Positions 1 through 16,513 of a stretch of DNA of 64,000 nucleotides are shown here, in pieces (the stretch's first letter is position 1; each line of letters begins with the position of its first letter). Origin of the DNA: the human T2T-CHM13v2.0 reference genome, Homo sapiens. The DNA is taken from assembly GCF_009914755.1 (NCBI RefSeq), contig NC_060936.1. One strand, given 5' to 3'. Made by a program: the position numbers and the translations under genes. The notes beneath the pieces are model-generated. The model saw nothing but the letters and a program-made list of their open reading frames with translations, made no database searches and was not told where the DNA came from.

Positions 1-565
1 ATATTTTTTCCACTACTGGGTATCTACTCATAGGAAAAGAAGTCATTATATGGAAAAAAAAAACACATTTGCACACATATGTTTATAGCAGCACAGTTAA
101 CAACTGCAAAAATATGAAACCAGCCTAAATGCCCTTCAACCAATGAGTGGATAAGAAAAACATGGTATATATACACCATGGAATACTACTCAGCCATAAT
201 AAAATAATGGCATTCGCAGCAATTTGGATGGAGTTGGAGACAATTATTTTAAGTGAAGTAACTCAGGAATGGAAAACCAAATATCATATGTTCTCACTTA
301 TAAGTGGGAGCTAAGTTATGAGGACCAAAAGGCATGAGAATGGTATAGTGGACTTTGGGGGATCAAGGAGAAGGGTGGGAGGGTGGCGAGGGATAAAAGA
401 CTACACATTGGGTACAATGCAAACTGCTCAGGTGATGGGTGAACCAAAATCTCAGAAATTACCACTAAAGAACTTATCCATGGAACCAAAAACCACCTTT
501 TCCCCAAAAAGCTACTGACATAAAATAAAGATTAAAAGCAAAATAGAAATTTTCAAAAAAAAGAA
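1..565 (+). mobile_element. L1PB-type LINE-1 3' end (ORF2 C-terminal remnant, 3'UTR, A-rich tail); continues off the left edge
   Basis: CCATGGAATACTACTCAGCCAT, GTGAAGTAACTCAGGAATGGAAAACCAAA and GAGGGATAAAAGACTAC motifs, also seen in the L1PB at 55920-59205; A-rich tail ~520-565. Confidence 0.9.
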
Positions 566-1470
566 AGGAGATTGGGATATTTTCATTTAGCATATAATTT
601 AACATATAAGCACTTTATGAAATAAGACTTACTTATTTTTATCTTTATTTTTATTTATGGCATACAACAATAAAAATATATCATATGAAAATATAAAATA
701 TGAAAATAGAAAATATAACTTTAGAAAATATGCCCTAAATGGAATTGCACTGACTGAAATAACTCTTCTTTTTTCCTGATTACAAATTTTAGGTGAATGT
801 TTTTGTAATTTCCATCCAAAAAAGTGCTCCCTAACCAAACTGCTCAGGATAGTCCAATTTACCTTAAAGATGAATTAAGTAGTATTTATTACACAGCAAG
901 GAATCAAGATCTTTTCTCTATACCTTAGGGAATTGAATAATACATTCATTTATATGGGCAAAGAGCTTAATTCTTGTTATTAAATTGTAAATTGCCAACA
1001 TTTAAAGACCCATGGTATTCAATTTTCTTAAACTAATTAAAAACAAATAGGAGTTATTTTGTTTTCACCATCTTTATAAAAATCCCTGATTAACATGCCA
1101 GATGCCACAGCTCTTCAAGCCTGATGAAGGCTCCCTGGAGTTCGTGTCCTTTGATCAGTTGTTGCCAAAGAAGTGAAGCAGATTGTGCAAGCCTGCAGAA
1201 TCATATGATCTCATTCTTCTTGGGGAATTGCTGCTATAAGAAAAGTCAACTGCCTTGATAAAAAAAATTTACAATTATAAAATATCCAGATACTGACAAA
1301 TTTTAAACGCAGGTCAGTGATATGGTATTCCATGACATTCTAGTTATAAAGCCTCCATCTCAATTCCTTCGCATGCATTTTACTGTCATGGAAGTAAAAT
1401 GCTTCACCACAGCCAGGCTAAAGGGAGAGATGCTTTGACTGGTGCAGCGTGTGTTTATGGATATCATTAA

Positions 1471-1816
<346 letters not shown>

Positions 1817-1839
1817 AAGCCACTTTATTTTTAAATTTA

Positions 1840-5498
<3,659 letters not shown>

Positions 5499-5774
5499 AA
5501 ATTTAATTTTCACATCCCTTTAGGTTATGTATTCACTAATTAAGGTTGTCATAAACAATCATGGACAGCAGTCAGCCAATGAAGCAGCATGTTTACACCT
5601 AAGTACAGATAGTTAGAGCAACCTATTACACTGTACCACTTGGACTGAAATGGACAACTGTAGACAATACTGTTAATTACTTTCCAATATCTACTCTCCT
5701 TATGTTCTTTGCTAAGAGAATCATAATTTAAATTAGGGAAACAATGTGACATCCTAGTGATGGATCATGATAAT

Positions 5775-6150
5775 GGACCATGGCCATGCCTTTCCTTGAT
5801 ATCTCGGTCTCCCTTGAAGTTGGGGTGTCTGTGGCCACTGGCTCTGGTCAAAAAGACTTAAGGGGGAGTCTGCTGAAGGGGCTTCTGGGAAATCTTTTTT
5901 TATCCCAGTAAAAAGGGACATGTGTACCTAAGGACCATTATCCTTCTGCCATTATTTTATGTCAATTTATTTTATTCAATATAGCAAAAGATTTCCCAAA
6001 GAACTACAATGACACTCGTCCTTACAACTTACAGCACCAACTTCAGCCACCATCTAGTTATAGAACATTTGTTATGTGAAAGAAAAAAAACTCTAATAAT
6101 GTACCACTGCAAGTTGGGCTTTCTACTACTTGCAGCCAAAATCTTGCTAA
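5775..6150 (+). mobile_element. Ancient ERVL/MaLR-class LTR fragment (LTR16/LTR33/late-MLT1-like)
   Basis: AGTCTGCTG..GGGGCTTCTGGGAAA and terminal TTCTACTACTTGCAGCCAAAA motifs; highly diverged. Confidence 0.45.
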
Positions 6151-7320
6151 AAATATATGGCAACTCTTCAGAATTCTATCCATTCTAACCATTCTTGTTA
6201 ACAAACTAGCACCTCTTATCTATATTAGCCATCTGATCAGCTTTATTTCCTCCAGTTTAACCAATTTGCCATCAGATGATCTTTCTATAATCCAATACTC
6301 ATCAATTAACACCCGCTTTAAAATCTTTCAGTGGCTCCCAAATCTGTTGTAATAAAGTAACCTGGATAATGGGCACATTGATTGCCTCTTTAGCTTCATT
6401 GATTCATTTATTAATTTAAATAGTATTTATTCATTATACATGTATAAAAGATTTAGTAAATATGGAGCCAACATAATTCTCTTTCTAGTGTAATTTTCTT
6501 TTGAAAGAAAGAAATGACCTATTATTTGAATGAAGCATGAACCTTGCCCTTCAGCCTATCTTAGAAACTTTATCAGTAAGCTGATTAAGCTCTAGTCTTA
6601 ACTCATTATGTGTAGAAAATAATAAAAAATAAATTATTGATCTTCTGTATCATGTAAGTCAAAATAGTTTCAAAAAGAATTACTCTTGTTTTATAAATAT
6701 TTCTATGACCTATAAACATACTGAGATTTAATCTGTGGCTTATTAAAATTACACAAGTGAGTACTGAGGGCCAGTCTCCAAACCTCCATTCTCAGCCTTC
6801 TTATTTGAATCTAAATTTCTCTATAAGAAACCTAAAGGTTGCAAATAGAATTATTCAGTGGTTTACTCACGTAACTGTAAACATAAGTAACCAAAGTTTG
6901 TCAGTAAATGTAGCTGCTTTTAGAGCTGACATTAGGAAAGCAGTAGGACAAATAACAGCAACAATATAGTCAGTTAAGAGGAACAATTGCAATTCTACTC
7001 TGATATCAACTGAAGCAAAATAATTTTGATATTAATTGAGGCAAACCATTCACAGAAATGCACATTGTAATGCCTCAGCTAACATTAAGCATTAATAAAA
7101 TAATATATACATTTAAAACAAATTTTCATATATGATAAAGCAAACACAATTGAGGTTAACATATGTTTTCAACAATTTAAAACAACTATTTCATCCACAG
7201 TCTTGTACTTCAGATGATGCAGGATGGCAACACATTATGACTTGAAGAATTTTTTTTTCTCACAAAGCTTATATAGAAAGCAAAAATAGATTCTCAATGC
7301 AAAAAATAAGTATATATAAG

Positions 7321-7690
7321 TGTCTTAGTCAGTTTGTGCTGCTATAACAAACATGCCATAGACTGGAAAACTTTAACATAAACATTTACTTCTCAAAGTT
7401 CTGGAGGATGGAAAGCCCAAGATCAAGGTGTCAGCAGATACAAAATGTCTGATGAGGGCCAAATTCATGGTTTACAAATGGCTGTACTCTCCTTGTATAC
7501 TAACATGGAAGAGAGGAAACCAAGAATTACTTTTCTTCCTCTTGTCATGTGGATCACTAGTGTCATCATGGGGGCTCCATATTAATAATCTAACTATCTC
7601 TCTAAAGTCCCACCGCCTAACATCATCCCATTGAAGGTTAGGGTTTCAAAATATGAATTTTGATGGACACAAACATGTAGTCCACAATAA
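7321..7690 (-). mobile_element. MaLR solo LTR (MLT1A-like)
   Basis: TGTCTTAGTC..GCTGCTATAACAAA..TTCTGGAGG..CCAAGATCAAGGTGTCAGCAG..TATGAATTTTG..GACACAAACAT. Confidence 0.82.
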
Positions 7691-7952
7691 TCAGATCTAT
7701 GATATAGAAACATTTTTAAATCCATGCTACCTTATAAAATACAGACTATTAAAAAATGTATTCGGACTCATTTTGCATACAGAAGGATAAACTCCACTCC
7801 CGTTCAGCAGCTTTATTCTTGATCAAATACATATTTAGCATCCACTGCAAGATCTATAAAAATTAGACCAAGTCTTATATCTACATGGTGCTTTACAGTT
7901 GTGAAAGCTTTGTTTGCCCTTGCTTTCTCATTTTATCCTCACATCAAAGCTG

Positions 7953-7955
<3 letters not shown>

Positions 7956-7983
<28 letters not shown>

Positions 7984-8008
7984 GTACACACACACATATA
8001 TATATATA
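7956..8008. repeat. (CA)n-(TA)n compound microsatellite
   Basis: Read directly. Confidence 0.95.
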
Positions 8009-8139
8009 TTTATGATCAATTCCCCAAACATTTTAACAGAGACTCCAATTAAACTGGAGAAGATAGTATCTCTACATTACGGACTTAAGTCTTTGATAGA
8101 TTTATTTAGCAACTTTGTGTAATATAAAATCACAGTCAC

Positions 8140-8325
8140 TGGAATCAAACAGACCCACATTTGCATTCTGGCTGTAAAATGTTTTAGTTGCATAATATCA
8201 TCTAACTTCTCTAAGTAAAAAGGAATTTGCAAAGATTTGTTGACATTGTTGACAAGATTAAATTGGTTGCCATATGTAAAGTGCCTAGCACAAGGCCTGG
8301 AATATAGCAAGCACCCAATATGCTT
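8140..8325 (+). mobile_element. MIR fragment
   Basis: GGAATCAAACAGACC..ATGTAAAGTGCCTAGCACAAGGCCTGG. Confidence 0.7.
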
Positions 8326-8573
8326 CCTAACAATTCCTCTTTCATCTCCTCTCTTCTTCCCTTCCTTCCTTAAAGACATATGTATGGATTTAAGAGAAAG
8401 GAAGGCTGAAAAAATAAGATGACAAGTATTTTCTACTTCAAAGAAAAATGGCAAGTCTGTGCAAGTTTTCCCATGTTTGCCTTAAGAATAGATTTTAGTT
8501 ACGGAAAATTTATTGTACCAAACCCTTGGCCTAGTTTGTAAAACCAAAGGACAAAATTGAATACTTTGCAGGC

Positions 8574-9100
8574 ATTTTAGTTATCTACTGCTGTATAGCA
8601 AAAGACCCTCAAATTTAGCAGCTTAAATTAAAAAACACTTATTATCTCACAAGACAATTGATGAGGGTCAGACATGAAACAGGGTTTAGCTGATTGGTTC
8701 TGGCTCAGAATCTCTCATGAGCTGCAGTCAAGCCAGCCAGGGTTGCAGTAGTCTAAAGGGGCTGAGAATCTATGTCCAAGTTCACTGAAGTTCTACCCTC
8801 CACGGGCCTCTCCACAGAGCTACCCAGACAACATGATGACTTTCACTAGAACAAGTGATTCAAGAGAGCCAGATATCAAGATGGAAGCTTCAGTCTCGTA
8901 GAACCTACTCTCGGAGTGACACAAGAAGGCCACTTCTTCCATTTGCTCACACTTCTGCCATTTGATCACACTTCTGCCATTTGATCACACTTCTGCCATT
9001 TGATCACACTTCTGCCATTTGATCACACAGACAACCCCCTGGCACAATGTGGGAGGGCACTACACAAAGGTGTAAATATGACTAAGCTGGGGAACCCCCA
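8574..9100 (-). mobile_element. MaLR solo LTR (MLT1F-like) carrying an internal VNTR
   Basis: TTAGTTATCTACTGCTG..TTAGCAGCTTAAA..TTCTGGCTCAG..TCTCTCATGAG..CACACAGACAACCC..GGGAGGGCACTACACAAAGG. Confidence 0.72.
8931..9028 (+). repeat. 19-bp tandem repeat, 5 copies of CACTTCTGCCATTTGATCA
   Basis: Copies 2-5 identical; copy 1 has 2 substitutions; no spacers. Confidence 0.97.
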
Positions 9101-10624
9101 AGTGTATCTAGACTTACATGGACATGATACAAATACAGCTTTGCTTAAATATTTATTTAATTGGTAGTGTGTGAAAAGACTGGGGCAATACTGGCATTTT
9201 GTGGTATTCCACTCCATCCACCTTAAAACAGTGATGTTTCAAATACTTGCTACTGTTTTGCCCTATAATCTTGGCTTAGCATAAAATCTACACTTCTAGA
9301 ATTTTCTTCTTACTTAGCACACATTGCCTGGGTCACCAGGATAAGGAGGGTTTAGTTTCACAAGATGTATACTGGCAGTTCCTGTTTGATAGTCAGCTTC
9401 CAACAGGGCACCTAATGGTCTGAAATATTTAAGCAAACTTCTTATGCTGTCTCATGTCTGCTTAAGTCTAAATACTTTGGGGGTTCTCCAGTTTAGTCAT
9501 ATTTATCCTCTAAGAGAAACATCCTTTCCCTTCCTACCTTTGAAGGCTCTGAGCTACAGAATTCATTGCAGTTGTACAGCGAGATTTACAAATCAACTTG
9601 TGGAATTTTCATCTCAATGACATAATTTGATGTAACTCTCTTGCTCACATTTCTAAATAATACTATATTTGTATTCAGTTTCAAATAATTGACAGTAATG
9701 GACACACAGTGATTCGTACATAATGGGTATTGTAAATATTTATTGATTAAGTACACTATTTTTACCACTCTTTATGCAAAATGCCTGTGATATGTCAGAT
9801 ACTTGTGCAAATATTGCAAGAGTCAGTAGGCATTAGAGAGAACTAAAAATCCGTGAATGTCCAAAATCTTAAGCACATATAAGAGAAGTAAAATGTTTCT
9901 GCTAGACTGGAAAGTTGGATTTCCAAATGACTGTAATTTGAAGAAAAAAATGAAAGTTTTTTTGCATCTTTTCAAAAGGTCAATAAGTATTCATAACAAC
10001 AAAATCCTCTTGCCTTTATTATAGTATATGTATGTAGTTTCAGTGAAAGTTATGTTAGGACTCAAAAACTGAAATTAGGGTAATTTAAAACCACTTCAAA
10101 TATGACATGAATTACCTCTTTTTCAGTCTTTCTCATAGGTACTTCCATACTATAATTTATAATTCATGATTCTGGCAAGAAAATGAGAAAGTGACTTTGA
10201 GAAATCATTTTAAAGGCAATTTTAAGCTGATAAATTATTCTAAGATATGATTGAGGAACTTAAATATTCATAAATGTTCTTTATGCTTTATTATTCTATG
10301 TTATAGTAACCTATACTTTAATAATAATCTGAGCTATCAAACACGACTAGAAAGCTAAGAGGGTGGTTAACTGTTTTTTTAAAATATTACTTTGTGATCT
10401 TATTCTATTAAAAATAGTGGAGGGAGTGAAGGGAGGTTTAATAAAAACATTGGTAGGTAATGGTTAAACTAAGTCTTTCCAACTGCTAAACATTTATTTA
10501 AAAAAATAAAGCATTATCTTTAGAACATAATTGCTACAAAGAGTTTAAGTGGCCAGAACAATTAAGTTTCTCAAAATTTATCATAGTATAAAACTAAAAA
10601 ATAAAACTATTTTTGAAGTTAATT

Positions 10625-10851
10625 CTTTCATTTACTCTGCTTTTCTCTTGATTTATTTGTCTTCATAACAATCACCACCCTTAACCTGTTATATATTTTT
10701 TGTTTTATTGGTGTGTTGTCTGTATCTCCCCAATAGAATATGAACTCCATGACAGGACTCTATAATATACACTGTTTTATAGCTGGATCTTAGAACAGGC
10801 CCAGGTCCATACTAGGTGTTTTATAATATTTACTGAGTGAATAAATGAATG
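10625..10851 (+). mobile_element. L2 3' end fragment
   Basis: GTCTGTATCTCCCCAATAGAATATGAACTCCATGA..TATTTACTGAGTGAATAAATGAATG. Confidence 0.7.
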
Positions 10852-12110
10852 GTTATCATGTGCCATGAACTAGGTGCTGAAGATGCAGTAATGAACAATA
10901 CAGACCTGGTCCCTACATGACAGAGTCTATAGTTAACTGAAGATACAGGCAAGCAAGCAGAAAAGACCAATGTAACAAATACTGTGAGAGGGAGCAAAGC
11001 AGCAGTAGCTAATTCTGGAAATCAAAGAAAGGTTTCTGAAGTCGAAACTCAGACCTGAACGATGTCAGGAGATTAGCCAAGATTTTGAGAGGAAGGCATA
11101 AACAAATGAAAACCTCTCAATGTAAGGAGAACTGTATGTGCAAAGGCCCGGGAATGAGAGAAAGAATGGCCTGAAAGAAATTCTATGCAATTCTATTTTA
11201 GAGTTAAAAATGATGGAGGAGGGGTCTAAGTTGAGATGTTATCAGGAGATATTTTCAGCACCACGTAACAGAAAATCACCTCTAAATCCTGAGCTGAGCT
11301 GGTTGTGCAAACACTCAGACCAAGGCCTAGTTTATTCTTTCCTTTTCTCAGACCCAATTTCTAGCCACTGTATTCTTGGTATCCCAGCCTCCACAATAAT
11401 GATCTGAAAGTGACTGTCAGCAGCTTTCAGTCTTATTTCCTTCTCTTTCTCACCCAGCACAGAAAAAAAAAAAAGGAAGATGATTCCTACTTATAGCAAA
11501 AAGCCTGAGATTCATTTCGAATGACTCAAAAACCACATGAAAGGCAGGTATTCGAATGGCCTAGCCCAGGTCTCCTGCTCAATCTCTGAGCCCAGATGGA
11601 ATCAGCTTTCCTGAAACCATGGGGAGCTAATAGAAACCAGGGACTCTTGGCAATGGGAAAAGGAAAAATAAATGCACGGTAACTGGACTGTTGTATTTGC
11701 CATGTTACCTTAGATTGTATCACAAAAGCAACGAGGAGCCATGGAATTAAGCAAAGGAATAACACACTAAAATTTCTGTGTTAGAGATATTCTTTCTGCA
11801 ATGTGAAGAATAGAGTCAGCAGAATCAATATTAGAAACAAGGAAACTGTTTAAGAGGCTGTTGCAAGTTGTTGACAGGATAGGCAGACTGAAAAGAAATG
11901 ACTCAAGGGATATTTAATGGTTACAGTTAGCGTAGACAGACATTGGCAAAGATTGGGATGTAGAAAATGAAAGAAAGAGCAAAAGCAATGGTGATTCCTA
12001 TGTGTTATGACTGGTCATGTATGGTTATATCACAGAAACCAGGGAGGAAAACAACCTGTGATTGGAAAAGATGAATTGTGTCTGGATATGAATTTGAGAA
12101 GTCTCCAGAT
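10852..12110 (-). mobile_element. Patchy L2 fragments, probably interrupted by an old MLT1-type LTR (~11235-11700)
   Basis: ATGTGCCA..CTAGGTGCTGAAGATGCAGTAATGAAC..; TGTGCAAAGGCCC; GAAACTGTTAAGAGGCTGTTGCA. Confidence 0.55.
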
Positions 12111-12849
12111 TAATACCATGAATTTGTTTCAGTCCTTAGGGTCTTTCCATTTCAAAAGATGTTAAAGATGTCATGTAATTCTAAAATAGAAATAAAAGTA
12201 TAAAATTAGACATAACATTTAGAAATTATTAGCAAAGAACCTATTTTCTTTGTATGGTTAAACTTTTTTTTTTATAATTGCTAAATCCTGATGCTATTTG
12301 ACAAAGCCAAAGGTTAGGAGGTAAAACAAAGATACCAGGAGCATATAATAAATCTTCTGTGCTTTTCCTTAACGAGATATATAAACACATATTACATACC
12401 ACCCGCTATGGTGGTATGAAAATAGAATAACAGTCAGATGCATCCTGATTCAGTAAACAAAGAAGCAAGCATTGGATTGGATAACACCAAAGTCAAATAG
12501 TGACACATGTGAAGAGAAAATAGAACAAGATTATAAAAGACGTCTATCAAGATAAAAAAAATAATTCAACACATTTAGTCTAGATGCTTGTAAATAAGGT
12601 AGCATTTTTGTGTAGGATAATGCCTACCTGATACATCACTTGGAAGAAGAGGGCTAGGCAATAAAATTAGCAGCTGCAGTATGAAACTGATTCAGCAGCA
12701 GATGTGAGGCAAAACTCCTTGTTTCCAAATTTGCTAGAGGGATAGAACCTTATTAAGGAGGAAGCTGAATCCTAGTTATACAATAATGAAGTAGACAAAA
12801 GGCATAGCTAAACTACTGCATAACAAATCAATGAGAATTTCATGGTGGA

Positions 12850-12945
12850 AGAGTGGAGAAGAAAAGGGAAGAAGAAGAAGGGAAGAAGGAGAGGAAGAGG
12901 CTGGAGGAGGAGGGAAGAAGGGAGGGACAGGAAGAGAGACAGAGG
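12850..12945. repeat. GA-rich low-complexity purine tract
   Basis: Read directly. Confidence 0.85.
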
Positions 12946-14399
12946 CGCACACATACACATGTCAACAAGGTAACCAGAGGATAATTTTCTTGTGGTCCAG
13001 TGGCTAAAGTGAATGCTTTAGAACATGGAGCATTTAATATTTAATTCTAAGCTATTTTTATTGGTATAATATTAACCCCATTATCTCCCCACATTTTCAG
13101 GGGAGTCTGATACACTGAAATGTTATCCTAAGATGATATTGAGAAGAAAAAGAAAAGCAGTGGTGACAAGATGTAGGGTCTTCCTTGCAATTTACTGTCT
13201 CCACCAAGAATTGGATACAGTACCACCATCCTCTGAAGAAAATGAGTTCCTCTTCAGAATAACTTGGTCAGGAGTTCCAGTTCCATTTGTCATGGCAGAT
13301 TCCCTTGGGATTAGGTTTTATTAGAAACAATTTCAAAGTGAAACTATCTTTATATAACATTATTCATTCATGTATTCAATGAATGCATCCAATAGCAAAC
13401 TGAAAGGCTGTCCAGACCATAAATGAGAGTGTTTCAAGGAAGCACCTACAGTGTAGAACTGACGTAAGGGGAAAGCCTGACATTTTTGTTGTATCAGAAT
13501 ATTTTTATACAAAATATACCAAGTCTTAGGAGCCATTTTTTCATCATCCACGAATATTTTACATATATTTTAAGGACATAGGATGAAGGTTCTAATCCTA
13601 ACTCTGCTATTCTGTGTTTTGAGCAAGTCATGTGATGTAGCCAGAGCTCAACTCCCTCACCTACGGCTTGGGGAGTTTTGATTGAATGATTGCTCAAGTT
13701 TCTTCTTAGCCCAACAGCCTGTGGTTCTGATGTCAATTATATTATAGCCTTTTTCTAATGTGTGGTATTTCAATTATGGTTGTGGCTTTTTATAAGGATT
13801 TCTATTAAGTCATTTTTTAAAATAAGACAAAATTCAATATAAGATGTGCCAACCAACTAATGACCTTTCCGAAACAAAACATAACAAAAAACTATGCAAG
13901 TTTCTTTCTAGAAAAGAAAGCCCCAGATGGCCTATTGAAAACAATAATCTTTGACAGTCAATAATGTCTTTTGCTATCATCCTTGTCATTTATCAGATTC
14001 TTGGGATACTTTCCCAAATTTGAGTGCTCTATTAGACAAGTTGAGAAAATATAATTATTTCTAATTTCCATGACAGGTTTCTATGTGATATAGGATTATC
14101 ATAAAATCACCCTTGGGAAATGTATTAATTTACATTTATTATTAAATTACCAGGAGTAAGAGCTGGTTTTTAGCCTGAGCATAAGCCTAACACATTCACT
14201 GAGTCAAGGGAGCTTATAAACAAGATCTAAACATCCAAATAATAGAAAATAATTTAAAGGAAAATGGCAGGCAAGCATAGAAAAAATAACAGGGCTACAC
14301 TGATTGAATTCTCACATCTCTATAAGGTGATAATAATACCTAGTATAGACAGTAGTTGTAGGCATCAAATAAGATAATGTTTGTAGAGCATTTGGCAGA

Positions 14400-14570
14400 T
14401 ACCATTTTTCAGTTAATTATTTCACTGAATCATCCCCATAAGACTACATATCCTAGTTTTACAGATGAGAAAACTGAGACCAAAATCATAGAGCTAGTAA
14501 AAATGATGGAGTTGTTATTCAGACCCATTAATATGACTCTGGAGGCAGTAGACTTAACTCACAAACTATC
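14400..14570 (-). mobile_element. MIR fragment
   Basis: MIR core TTTTACAGATGAGAAAACTGAG. Confidence 0.7.
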
Positions 14571-15274
14571 ACACCTTCCACATCTACCATACCTGTAATC
14601 TCTTGTGCATGGCAACAACAAAAAAAATAAGAGTTTTTATTAAATCTAAACTATTGCATGACACATGGAAAGACAGTACAGATTTTGAACACATATATTG
14701 CTGAGTGATAGAGTAAACTAATGTCAGCACTCCAGTGAACATGAGGATTTTAAATTCTTTGAAGCAGATGGTGAATCTTAAGTACTCATGCCTTATTCCA
14801 GGTATGGAATGTAGGCACTTAGATGCCAAACTAGGAAAGGAATTAGACATATTCGGTGGAGCAGGGCAAGCCCATTACAAGCAGTAGTCAGAAGCACAGT
14901 CAGGCTGGTAGAGTATTCAAATAGTAACAGATAGGTGGCAATTCAGGGAAGTGATGCCTATATAAGAGGTAAGAACAGATGTCCTTAAAGGCAAGAAAAG
15001 AAACAAAAGCAGGAAGCCCGGTGGCAGGAAAAATGAAATAGTAACAGGAGTTCAAATACAGCAAGCATAGTGAAACTTCACCATATTTCTCTACATGAGA
15101 TTCAAAAACCTATAGTATATGAAGTTATAATACAGTAAATTAACAACATGACTGGGATAAGGCTGCTGCAGAGAATGGGAGCAAAATTGTTAATCACATT
15201 CTGTCTAAATTTGCGTTATTGCAAGGTACATTATCTCAGTGTTTCACTGTGCTGACCACACATCCAGAAAACCT

Positions 15275-15475
15275 CTAAGTGCTTTGCCTAGTACAGTAAC
15301 TTATTGAATCATCACCAATAACTCTACAGGTAGTATTGTTATTCTAATTTGCACAGATGAAAAAAGTGAAGTACAATGAGATTAGTAATTTGCCCAAGAT
15401 CAAACAACCACAATACAAGGCAGAGTTAAAGTCCATACTGCCCAACTCTGAAGCCCAGCCTTATAACCACTAGGT
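15275..15475 (-). mobile_element. MIR fragment
   Basis: CAGATGAAAAAAGTGAAG..TAATTTGCCCAAGATCA..GGCAGAG..TAACCACT. Confidence 0.72.
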
Positions 15476-15480
15476 AACCC

Positions 15481-15892
15481 TGCTATGGTTTGAAGGTTTG
15501 TGTCCTCTCCAAAACTCATGTTGAAATGTAATCTTCAATGTAACACTATTAAGAGGTGTGGCCTTTGGAAGGTGGTGAGGTCATGAGGGTTCATCCTCAT
15601 GATAAGTATTACAGACCTTTGTATAAAAGGGCTGAAGAGAACTACCTAGACCCCTTTTTCACTCTTCTGCTTTCCACTATGTGAGGGAATGTCATTCACC
15701 CCTTCTGTCATGTGAGAATGCAACAACAAGGCACCACCTTGGAAGCAGAGATAGAGCCCTCATGAGGCACAAAACCTGCCGATGCCTTGATCTTGAACTT
15801 CCGTCCTCTAGAACTGTGAGGAATAAATTTCTGTTCCTTATAAAATATGCAGTCTCAGATATTTTGTTACAGCAGCAGGAACAAACTAAGAG
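15481..15892 (+). mobile_element. MaLR solo LTR (MSTC-like)
   Basis: TGCTATGGTTTGAA..CAAAACTCATGTTGAAA..CCTTGATCTTGAACTTC..AGAACTGTGAG.AATAAATTTCTGTT..ACTAAGA. Confidence 0.85.
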
Positions 15893-16124
15893 AAATTCTG
15901 TGTCTGCAAAGTCAGATGACAGCAGAGAATCTGGCAGTAGAAAGCAGGACTCATGTCACAAGTTTAGGGATTTGAGGTATGGGGTCAGAGGTCTCTTCTT
16001 TATGGCACAATAGATGTGAAGCAACTAGAACAGTGTCTGGCATATAATAAGCAACCAATAAATGTTAGCTATGAAAGTAATAACAATTGTTCTTGCTGTT
16101 GTAACAGGAAGAAGAGATGGAAAG

Positions 16125-16513
16125 TGTTATGAGTTGAATTTAGTCCACCCAAAATTCATGTTTTGAACTCCTCACCCTCAGTACCACAGGTGTGACTGTA
16201 TTTGGAGACAGGGTCTTTAAAGAAATAAAGTTAAAATAAGGTCATTAGGGTGGACCCTAATCCAATATGACTGGTGTCCTATAAGAAGAAAATATTAAAA
16301 CACAGACATGTACAGAGGGAAGACCATGTGAAGACACAGAAAAAAGATGGCCATCTGCAAGCCAAGGAAGGAGGCCTCAGAAGAAACTAATCCTGCCATC
16401 ACTTTGGTCTCAGACCTCTACCCTTTAGCGTTGTGATAAAATAAATTTCTGTGTTTAAGCTATCCAGTCTTAAACTGGATACTTTGTTATGGCAGCCCTA
16501 GCTAACTAATACA
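16125..16513 (+). mobile_element. MaLR solo LTR (MLT1B-like)
   Basis: TG..CA termini; TGTGACTGTATTTGGAGACAGGGTCTTTAAAG, GGGTGGACCCTAATCCAATATGACTGGTGTCC, GGCAGCCCTAGCTAACTAATACA. Confidence 0.88.

Noticed and set aside
8931-9028. CRISPR-like repeat array
   Set aside because: Head-to-tail units with no spacers, no cas genes, primate LTR context
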